From: a virus
Lineage: Duplodnaviria; Caudoviricetes
Virus record (IMG/VR): IMGVR_UViG_3300025103_000098
Coordinates: 1 to 30,825 of that record
Reading direction: 5' to 3' (one strand)
DNA length: 30,825 nucleotides
The first letter of the stretch is position 1. The number at the start of each line of letters is the position of its first letter. This document shows positions 7,499-15,400 of the stretch, in pieces. The notes beneath the pieces were generated by a model, which saw only the letters and a program-made list of their open reading frames with translations, searched no databases and was not told the origin of the DNA. The position numbers were made by a program, and so were the translations under genes.

Positions 7499-7835
7499 CC
7501 AAGTACGCGCAGCCCTTGAGCCCAGCCTCCTCAAGCCCCAGTACCGCAAGCCAGGGGCTCACCCCATGGCAGGCCACTGCTACGTGGCGTCCGAGGCGCT
7601 GTACCACCTGCTGGGGGGAAGCTCGTCGGGCTACACGCCCACCAGCCTGCGCGTCGGGGACTCAATCCACTGGTGGCTGACCGGCCCCAAGGGTGAGGTG
7701 CTTGACCCCACCGCTGACCAGTTCACTGAGCCTGTGCAGTACGACCAAGGCAGAGGCCGGGGCTTCCTGACCAAGCAACCATCCAGGCGGGCCGCTGTGG
7801 TGATCCGGCGAGCGAGAGAGTATGCCAATCTATGA
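7491..7835 (+). CDS. papain/transglutaminase-fold protein with Cys-His-Asp triad
   Basis: GHCYVASEAL...HWWL...VLDPTADQF; overlaps upstream stop. Confidence 0.6.
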   Translation: MLDQVRAALEPSLLKPQYRKPGAHPMAGHCYVASEALYHLLGGSSSGYTPTSLRVGDSIHWWLTGPKGEVLDPTADQFTEPVQYDQGRGRGFLTKQPSRRAAVVIRRAREYANL

Positions 7836-8013
7836 GTACAGATGCGGTGAGTGTCAACTCACCACTGAGCACCTGCGGTCACTGGCTGACAGGGACAGGG
7901 CAGTGAGGTGTCCAAGCTGTGATGAGCCAACCAAGCGGGCCATCAGCCGAACCAGCTTCGCTCTCAAGGGTGGGGGCTGGTACGCAGATGGCTACCAGAA
8001 GAAGCAGGGCTAA
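7822..8013 (+). CDS. FmdB-family zinc ribbon protein
   Basis: MPIYEYRCxxC...CPxC...SFxLKGGGWYxDGY. Confidence 0.9.
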   Translation: MPIYEYRCGECQLTTEHLRSLADRDRAVRCPSCDEPTKRAISRTSFALKGGGWYADGYQKKQG

Positions 8014-8270
8014 CAGCCCACCGCAGCACACAGGCGGGCCAGCATAATCTGCTGCTCATCGAGCTTGTCAGAGTTCCGCTCTACCATGTCCTCGATGTTC
8101 CCCAGATTCTCCATCGCCACGGGGTGGCCAGGCTCTGCCTGATGGTGGGCCATTGCCTTCACAGACTCGCCCATGTCACGCACCTCATAGATGGTTCCAC
8201 CAGCCGCAGCAGCCAAGACCAGAACAGGCCACATCTTCCCGATTGATGCTGCGAGCAAGTCAGTCGACAT
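8010..8270 (-). CDS. small membrane protein with coiled coil (lysis cluster)
   Basis: probable start MSTDLL at 8270 overlapping upstream stop; TM WPVLVLAAAAGGTI. Confidence 0.65.
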   Translation of the reverse strand: MSTDLLAASIGKMWPVLVLAAAAGGTIYEVRDMGESVKAMAHHQAEPGHPVAMENLGNIEDMVERNSDKLDEQQIMLARLCAAVGC

Positions 8271-8472
8271 CGAGAGAATCCTCTTCCACGACAGGTGGGG
8301 GCTCAACAGGCTCAACAGGCTCTACGGGCTCAACCGTTTCAGGAACACCCTCCTCTGCCTCCTCCAGCAGCTCAAGGATCTCTTGGAGATTCTCGTTAAT
8401 CTGCTTGGCTTCTTCCACGGACTCAGGGGTGTCTCCAGCCAGGGCTGCACTGATCATCAGAGCTGTGAGCAT
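8260..8472 (-). CDS. secreted acidic protein with VEP repeats
   Basis: signal-peptide-like MLTALMISAALA; 4x 9-bp repeat at 8300-8335. Confidence 0.65.
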   Translation of the reverse strand: MLTALMISAALAGDTPESVEEAKQINENLQEILELLEEAEEGVPETVEPVEPVEPVEPPPVVEEDSLDVD

Positions 8473-8480
8473 GGTGGATC

Positions 8481-8681
8481 CTACTGGCGGGGGTGGACGC
8501 GTTCGATTGTGGACAGGATCTTGTCGGATACAGCGCTCATCTCAGCGACTTCACGCTTGAGCAATGCAATCTCTGTCTTCGTTTCTTGGACGAAAGTAAG
8601 CCCCCCAAGAACACCAGCAGCCAAGATACCGGTGATCAGCTTGTGGACTGTCTCCATCATCGCAGATGCTTCCTTAGCCAT
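8481..8681 (-). CDS. small single-TM protein
   Basis: GAGAGGGA SD; TM LITGILAAGVLGGLTFV then coiled coil. Confidence 0.7.
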   Translation of the reverse strand: MAKEASAMMETVHKLITGILAAGVLGGLTFVQETKTEIALLKREVAEMSAVSDKILSTIERVHPRQ

Positions 8682-8690
8682 GGTTCCCTC

Positions 8691-9116
8691 TCATTGTATC
8701 AGACTGACTGCGTAGGCCCCGGCGATGCAGGTTCCCACACCCCCGATAACGCCGATGACCAGCGGGACGTAGGGCTGTTGCCAAAAAGGTACAGGCGCGT
8801 TTGCTTCAACCAGCGCATCCTTGTACCATTCGATCTGCCACTCAAGGTGGGCCACGTCAACCACGTACCTGTCATTCACGGCGTTCGCCCACGCTTCTGT
8901 GGCTAACAGGTCTTGCATCTCCGAAATCGGGAGCGCAACCGCACTGCACCTCGCGACACGACTGTCAAACTGTAGGTCAGCAGGTACAAGCTCACCACGC
9001 TCAATGCCAATGGCCTCTTCACACTCTCCCTCCACAGGCTCTGGAGGCCCCGGTCTGGCGATAGGCTCCAAGCCATGCGCAGAAGATAAGGCGAGTAGCA
9101 GCAGGGCGGCATTCAC
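8691..9116 (-). CDS. signal peptide + C-terminal TM protein, spanin-like candidate
   Basis: N-terminal hydrophobic signal, two periplasmic Cys, helical segment, C-terminal TM; GTGA coupling. Confidence 0.65.
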   Translation of the reverse strand: MNAALLLLALSSAHGLEPIARPGPPEPVEGECEEAIGIERGELVPADLQFDSRVARCSAVALPISEMQDLLATEAWANAVNDRYVVDVAHLEWQIEWYKDALVEANAPVPFWQQPYVPLVIGVIGGVGTCIAGAYAVSLIQ

Positions 9117-9370
9117 TTCCGGCTCCGACCCTTCGCCTTGCTCGCCAAGTCCTTGGCCTTCGTTGTCTTCTTGATGACCTTGACCTCTTTGGCCAGGGCC
9201 TTCTCAATCACCACACGGGCTGCCTTCACCCCATCATCATCAGGGGCCTGCGGCACCTTCTTGGATGTCGAAGACTTCCCATCATCTCGTCCGTATATGT
9301 ATGCAAAGACGATGGCCACGATGGGGCCCAGGGCAGCGAGTGCAGATGGAAGCCAATCAGGCATTGCCAC
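9113..9370 (-). CDS. N-terminal TM, Lys-rich protein (i-spanin-like candidate)
   Basis: TM ALGPIVAIVFAYIYG followed by basic helical tail. Confidence 0.65.
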   Translation of the reverse strand: MAMPDWLPSALAALGPIVAIVFAYIYGRDDGKSSTSKKVPQAPDDDGVKAARVVIEKALAKEVKVIKKTTKAKDLASKAKGRSRK

Positions 9371-9557
9371 TCTTCAGTGCGCCCATCATCTTGGGGGCTG
9401 CCTCACCAGCGATGAACGCCAGCGACAGGTACAACCACACCTCGGCATCGACGCGACCCACCAGGAGCAGGCCTGTGCCAGTACCCCAGCAGAGCAGACG
9501 CCGGTACGAGACCCGGCTGGTGGCTGAGAAGAATGTATCGAATGCTTTTGTGATCAT
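9357..9557 (-). CDS. putative holin (66 aa, 2 hydrophobic segments)
   Basis: GAGGG SD; MITKAF...SYRRLL-hydrophobic-W-hydrophobic; position near endolysin. Confidence 0.55.
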   Translation of the reverse strand: MITKAFDTFFSATSRVSYRRLLCWGTGTGLLLVGRVDAEVWLYLSLAFIAGEAAPKMMGALKSGNA

Positions 9558-9616
9558 GTCACCCTCGTGTGTCTGTTGATCTTGTCCCGGGTCATCGCTT
9601 GCTGTGACTTGGGTTC

Positions 9617-9988
9617 CTATCCAACCTTCGCAACAATAGAGATGCGGATGTTGGCGCCGGGGGCTCCAGCGTTGTTGTCTGCCGCTGTCGCAACAGCAGC
9701 AAAAGACAAACCAGTGGCAAACTGAATCCCACCAGGGAACGTCACAATGTTCCTGAAGTTGTCGACAACCTCGAACACGAAGTCTGGGATCGTGACCCCG
9801 ACTTCTGGGCTCAGGTGGTCCCAGAACTTGACGTACTTTATTCCGCCTGTGCTGTCGTTGTGCATCTCCATCGAGTACACAGTGCAGGGGCCACCACAAA
9901 TGTTGTTGTTCGCTGTTTGAATCACGTCTTCCATGCGGAAAGCAAACTGCGTGAGTTGGTCGTTTGTATAGGTTCTAGTCAAAGGCAT
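9617..9988 (-). CDS. small beta-rich virion-type protein (paralog A)
   Basis: GAGGGA SD; shares motifs with 9999..10358. Confidence 0.8.
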   Translation of the reverse strand: MPLTRTYTNDQLTQFAFRMEDVIQTANNNICGGPCTVYSMEMHNDSTGGIKYVKFWDHLSPEVGVTIPDFVFEVVDNFRNIVTFPGGIQFATGLSFAAVATAADNNAGAPGANIRISIVAKVG

Positions 9989-9998
9989 TGTTCGTCCC

Positions 9999-10358
9999 TC
10001 AGGTTGCGACCACGATCACGCGGGTGTTGTTGGTTGGCGCGGTTGTTCCGGCTGTTCCCGGCTCCTGCACGCAAGCAAAGGTGCAAGCATTGCCAAGCGT
10101 TGGGCCGACCGGCCAGAACAGCGTAAACGTGGAAGACGCCTGTACCTTCAAAAGAATGGCAGGGAGAGTTGTGCCAACGGTCGGGGTCGCATGGTTGTAT
10201 ATCTTCAGGTATGTGGCGTGGCTGTTGAGCGAGTTGTCAACGTAGACCGAGTAAACCACCGTAGAACTACCCTTGACGAGCGAATAGGTAGCGTTTGCAG
10301 CCGATTGGTCTACGAGAAAGCTTGCCAGATTGCCGGCGACTGTTCCGCGTGAAAGCAT
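9999..10358 (-). CDS. small beta-rich virion-type protein (paralog B)
   Basis: TAATG coupling; VYS...N...YxKxY...PxVGxTxP motif. Confidence 0.8.
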   Translation of the reverse strand: MLSRGTVAGNLASFLVDQSAANATYSLVKGSSTVVYSVYVDNSLNSHATYLKIYNHATPTVGTTLPAILLKVQASSTFTLFWPVGPTLGNACTFACVQEPGTAGTTAPTNNTRVIVVAT

Positions 10359-10816
10359 TAGACTCTCCTGTATCCGTTGGTTTTGTCCCAGGTCATAGCC
10401 TGTCTGGACTTAGATTCTTTACGCCATGGCTCACCAAGGCTCATGTGGATCCACGTTGGCTCACCGTTCCTGATGCCCTCAAGGATGAGCTGACCATAGG
10501 GCAACCCACTCTCCAGGCGCACCCAATCAAACACCCGCTCAAGGGGTACGTCAAGGACATGGAAGTCCGCCGCCTCTCCCTTGACATGCTGTGAGTACAC
10601 GCTGCCACCCACTGCCTCGTTGAGGGCCTGGCATCGAAAGCCAGAGTGAACAAAGACTGGTGACCTGAAGCGATCCCTGACTGCCTGTAGCATCTCAGCC
10701 AAAGCAGTCAGCTCGTCCATGTGGTCAAGCCCGAGCTCAGCGTTCACATCCAAGAGTTCTCGGTGCGATGTACGCACCAACTCATAGAATGAGAAGTTTG
10801 GCGCAAGCTGTGTCAC
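10358..10816 (-). CDS. endolysin, peptidase M15A family (Zn peptidase)
   Basis: SGFRCxxLNxAVGG...SQHxxGEAADF...WIHxS; GTG start at 10816 coupled to upstream stop (alternative 10831). Confidence 0.9.
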   Translation of the reverse strand: MTQLAPNFSFYELVRTSHRELLDVNAELGLDHMDELTALAEMLQAVRDRFRSPVFVHSGFRCQALNEAVGGSVYSQHVKGEAADFHVLDVPLERVFDWVRLESGLPYGQLILEGIRNGEPTWIHMSLGEPWRKESKSRQAMTWDKTNGYRRV

Positions 10817-11241
10817 GCAACCAAGACCCATGGGTTTGACTTGCCTTCAGCAGCAGCCACCAGGGCATCCCGGTCCATGCTGGAGAAGAGTGCATACATC
10901 CCACAGACACCAAGGCAGACAGAGGTTGTATCCTCCACCCACTGTGGCTCATCTGGGTACACGGCGTTCAGGGCCTGTGTGGTAGGGGCCAGCAGCAAAG
11001 CCGTCTCTCCATCCACATAGGGCAGCTTGGCCCCAGCAATGGCTGCGATAGCCCCGGCTGTGGCCATCTCTTTGTCCAGATCCTCGGCCAGCGTGTAGGT
11101 CGAGCGTCGGTCAGGCGTCAGGATCACGCAGTGTCCCGAGTCATCGTCATCGTGCTTGCACACACCAAACAGGACACCGTCTTCGTCTTCGCACATGACG
11201 ATGGTGTTTGTCATGAAAGCGAGGGCTTGTGCTTCAGTCAT
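10813..11241 (-). CDS. hypothetical protein
   Basis: TGATG-coupled ORF in late operon. Confidence 0.75.
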   Translation of the reverse strand: MTEAQALAFMTNTIVMCEDEDGVLFGVCKHDDDDSGHCVILTPDRRSTYTLAEDLDKEMATAGAIAAIAGAKLPYVDGETALLLAPTTQALNAVYPDEPQWVEDTTSVCLGVCGMYALFSSMDRDALVAAAEGKSNPWVLVA

Positions 11242-12074
11242 CAGATCCCCCAGTCCAGTTCGTCTTTTTCGGTGCTGGCCATGTAATATGGTTTGAAGAT
11301 GATGGAGCTGTCGCTATTTGAGTTTCCCGTCCGGCCTACCTGTAAGAATATCTTGAGATCGCCAACGGGCTGCATAGCCGAAGCGGCGTAGGATACTGCC
11401 AACTTCGCCGCGCCCCCGGTCGGGCTTGGCCTATAGATCGAGGTCTGCACGTTCATGATGGTGCTGGAGTTCTTCGTGATCTCGATGATCGCGATGGTGC
11501 ATGCGCCATTAGCCGCCGAGACAGCACTCGATACAGTCGGACTGGAGCCTCCCGCATCTATACCATACCGAATATCGGGCACGATCTTGCCGCTGGACTC
11601 GACAGAGTCATTGCTGAAACCGCCGACTGCCGCCCATCGGCTGGGGTCCCACATCGCCGAGTTCCCAACATCAGCGAGTCCGAGCACGACCATGTCATTT
11701 TTATTGGGGACGGTGAAGTCGATCAGCTCAAGCTTCAAGATGATCTTGTTGGACTTGTTGAAGGTCATATTGTCGGGGAGATCCCAGAACCAGTAAGAGC
11801 CCCACCCCATGGCCGAGCTTACCTTGTAGCCGCCTGCGGGGGTATTGCTGGTGTACTGGTCGTTGTCCAGTTCCACCTCCCACTGGGTGCCGTTATCGCT
11901 GCTGGAGATGACCTTGTTGTACCAGTTGTTTTGGGCGTCTTGATGCTGAGCTGCCCAGTAGGTCGCATCTGCCTTGGCCAGATACTGCCAGCCGCGCTTG
12001 AAACCTTGGTCTGGGGCGGCACCGCCACCGCCACCACCACCAGCACCTGGGAATGTTGGAAACTGAAGAGCCAT
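11241..12074 (-). CDS. putative receptor-binding/lectin-like virion protein
   Basis: poly-Gly linker after short N-terminus, beta-rich Trp/Ser/Asn-rich body. Confidence 0.55.
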   Translation of the reverse strand: MALQFPTFPGAGGGGGGGAAPDQGFKRGWQYLAKADATYWAAQHQDAQNNWYNKVISSSDNGTQWEVELDNDQYTSNTPAGGYKVSSAMGWGSYWFWDLPDNMTFNKSNKIILKLELIDFTVPNKNDMVVLGLADVGNSAMWDPSRWAAVGGFSNDSVESSGKIVPDIRYGIDAGGSSPTVSSAVSAANGACTIAIIEITKNSSTIMNVQTSIYRPSPTGGAAKLAVSYAASAMQPVGDLKIFLQVGRTGNSNSDSSIIFKPYYMASTEKDELDWGI

Positions 12075-12430
12075 CAGATTGCCGGCTCGATGAAGAGTTC
12101 TATGGAGATGGCGTTGTCGGCAGCCGCATCAGGCTTTGGGCGGATGAACAACTTGCTGCCCGACGAGAAGGGGATGGGCTCAGTTGGAACCTCATCAATG
12201 TGAATGCCGGACGATGCGGCCACCAGCAGAATCTGGGCGAGCGTACCCTCTGGGTTTGTCGCAGTGCCAACCACAGGTTGGATGTGTGCCGCGCTACCAG
12301 CAGTCTTCACTGCGTGGATGCGGGTGATGTATCCCTTTTCGGGGACGCCAGAGATGATGGCCTCTGCGTTTGCGTCAGCGCCCGTAAAGGACACTGTGTA
12401 GCGGGAAATAGGTGGTCGGATATTAGACAT
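12074..12430 (-). CDS. small beta-rich virion-type protein
   Basis: strong AAGGAGG SD; beta-strand pattern. Confidence 0.75.
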   Translation of the reverse strand: MSNIRPPISRYTVSFTGADANAEAIISGVPEKGYITRIHAVKTAGSAAHIQPVVGTATNPEGTLAQILLVAASSGIHIDEVPTEPIPFSSGSKLFIRPKPDAAADNAISIELFIEPAI

Positions 12431-12464
12431 TGGGGCCTCCTTGACATTGCAAGAGTATCATGGT

Positions 12465-15400
12465 TTATCGTGCCCGCAGGCGGGACAGCTCACGGTAGAC
12501 GTTCTCGAGGGCTCTGTTCTGCCTGGCGATGTCGTCAGGGATTGCGAGTGGTGTCGAAACATTGCCGGCAACCATAGCCCACGATCCATCTCCGAGGCGC
12601 TTGGGTTTGGCGTCTTCCGGGTGCAGACCCGCAGCAATGGAGATCTTCGCCGCGTCCTCGATGTTGCGCTTTAGGCCCATCATGTTCGCAAGGGCCATCC
12701 ACGCCAGGAACCGCTCCTCGTCTTCTTTGCCGTGGAACTTCCACTGCATTCCACCAACCTCAACCTTTCCTGGTCTCCGGTCTTTGCCGACAGCAGGAAC
12801 AATGCCGAGCTCTGTGCGGAATGAGTCCCACATCCCAGACTGGTGCGCGGCCAGGAGAATGTGGTCTGGGACTATGCGGCCCTCTGCCCCCCGTTCGTGC
12901 CAGCCTGAGAGGGCTGTGAAGATGTCGAACCATGGGTTGTAGAGGCGTTCGCTCGCTGCGGCCTTCGCACCCTTGATGAGCCCAACCGGGGTGGGGTTGT
13001 TCATGATGTAGTCGAGCACGGTGATGGTGTCGTCGAACGCCATCAGGGCTGGGTTGTGTGGTCCGTACAGGCCGGTCGTGTAGTGGTTGTCGTGGACATC
13101 CCCCATGAGAACCCACATTCGCTGCTTCTCGCTGTCTCCCTCGTAGGCCCACAATCCCGCGTCCCTGTGCTGGGCTCGCTGGAGAAGGTGCATCCGCCTA
13201 TACAGGTTCGGATCCTTGATTGCAGTGCGGACGCCCTCTTCGGTGATCTGACGCATGAACGCATAGAAGTAGGCAACCTTGTTGACCACCATGCGCTCGA
13301 TGGGCGGAACGGCCCCGTAGTCGAGCAGTGCGTTCTGGGCCAACTTGGCAGCTTCGCTCTCCGTTCGTCCAGCAATGAGGGCAGACACAAACACGTTCTG
13401 CCTGAAGTAGTTGTCTGTCTGCTCCGCAAAGCGGTTCCAGATGTTCTTTTGGGAAGGATCAAGGTACCGGCCAATGGTCCTGGCGGTGCTGACGGGCCCA
13501 AGCGAACTGTTGATCCGGGCCATGCGCTCAAGGTCTCTGATGATCACATCATTGAACTCGTAGCTGATGGCCGAGTATCGGATGTTGTTCCGCTTGATGG
13601 CGTCTTCAACCATCTTACGTGTCCACTTCACCCCGTCGCGAACAAACAGGACATCGCTGGCATGGCCGAGCTTGATTGCAGCCCAGTTGTACAGGCGGTT
13701 GTGTCTTCCAATGCCGAGGCTCTGGAAGGCAAACTTGGGCCCGACCGTTAGCGCGACAATGATGGGCGCCGTGATGGCGTTGAGCCCCAAGAAGCGGGTG
13801 TTGGGCAGGGGGAACCCACCGAGCAGGCCAGAGATTGTTGTTCTTCTGCTCATATCGAGCAGGGAGATAAGCCCCTTAATGAGGCCATCGGTGACACCCC
13901 TGGCGCCACCAAGCCTGCCCGCAGTACGGGCGGCATCGTCCGACGCCCGCAGGGCCTTCAGCGCCGTATCGAGTGACCCGTTCTTGGCTGCTGCTGTGAT
14001 GGCGTGGATGGCCTCTGCTGCGTCCTTGCCGTACACCATGGCCATCTGCCGGCGGCCCAGCTTCGACTCAACCGCAATGGCACGGTTGGCGATGTGAGAC
14101 CTTTGGGCGGCGTTGCCTGTTGCGGCCATCCCCTGGCGGATCAGCAACTGCTGCATGGCCTCGTTTGAGTCGCGCATGATGATGCCCTGGACCGTGTCAA
14201 TGACGGCCTCGGTCACCTCTGGGATTACGTCATCTGCAAGCCCAAGGTTCTTGAGCTCCTTGCCAACGAACTTCCTGCTGAGGAGTTGGCCGACCGCCCT
14301 GGGCAGGGCCTCCATGGTATCCAGGGTCTCAAACACATTCCCGGTTGCAATCTTCCGAGACATGCTCATTCTTAGAATGTTGAACCTGTCGGCGTCAGAC
14401 ATTCTCCCTGCGATATTCCTCATCAGGTTGTTGACTACGCCTGTGATCTCTCCCTCAAATGCCGGTGATCCACGAAGGGCCTCTGAGATCCCCCGTCTCT
14501 CCATGGCCTCTCGCAGCGCCCCTGCTGTGATGGCCGGCTTCGCTACCGTGGCGCTGTTGATCAGCATCCTGAACTCTGGGTTCCTTCCGAGCCACTTCGA
14601 CAGTGAGACATCAACAACCCTGGCCGCACGCTCCTCGAGCATCCACGCGAACATCGCTGCGCTGAATCGGTCTACCCCAAAGCTACTCAAGCCCTTTCCG
14701 GACATCTGCTTGGATGGGTCCGCCTGGCGGATTGTCTGGATAACGGCCTTCACATGTGGTGCTGTGATTGGGTAGATCCCCTCTACGGACCCGGTCTTCA
14801 CATTCCCCTTGAGGTACCCCTTCAGGATGGCGTCATCCGGAACATGGGCGCCGCCAAAGAACTTGGTAAGGATGGACTTCCAGGCGAGGAACCGCTTCAC
14901 CGACTCCCCACCCTTGAAGTCTTGCATGCCCGCATGCTTCAGCGTCCGGTCAATCATGGTTTGGATGGCTTTCTCTGGGCCGACAGCCTTGATGAGCGAT
15001 GCGTATTCGCGCCTGAATCCCTCAATGTTCGTCTGAAGAAGGCCGTCAACCTCGTCAATCCACGCCATGGTCCGCATCGGGGTCCGCCCCACGGGGTGTG
15101 GGAACATGCTGGGCAGCCAATCTCTGGCAATCTCGCGGACAAGGGCCGGCATCTTCGTGGACATGCGCTCTGCAAGATCCGGTGAGACCCGCTTCAGCAT
15201 GACGGATGTGATGTCAGCGAACTTGGTTCCAGCCTCAACAAGAGGAACACGCCGCTCTGCGGGGGTCTTTGCCCGGCGCGTCAGGGCGCTTGTGAGGTCG
15301 GGCTCCAGAACCTCGGTGAGGTGGAACTCATCTGACCTGGCCACCAGGCGCTTCGCCACGTCACCTTTGATCTCTGCCACAGCAAAGAGCTTCTGCTTGT

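Noticed and set aside
8300-8335. 9-bp tandem repeat as a regulatory element
   Set aside because: Explained by in-frame VEP peptide repeats.
9571-9616. Hairpin with GGGACAA upstream of the holin as a fourth copy of the head-operon motif
   Set aside because: The outer closing stem does not pair, and the stem forms better on the opposite strand via G-U pairs.
12441-12469. Perfect TTGACA as a + strand antisense promoter (also at 26934)
   Set aside because: No credible -10 at 16-18 bp spacing.
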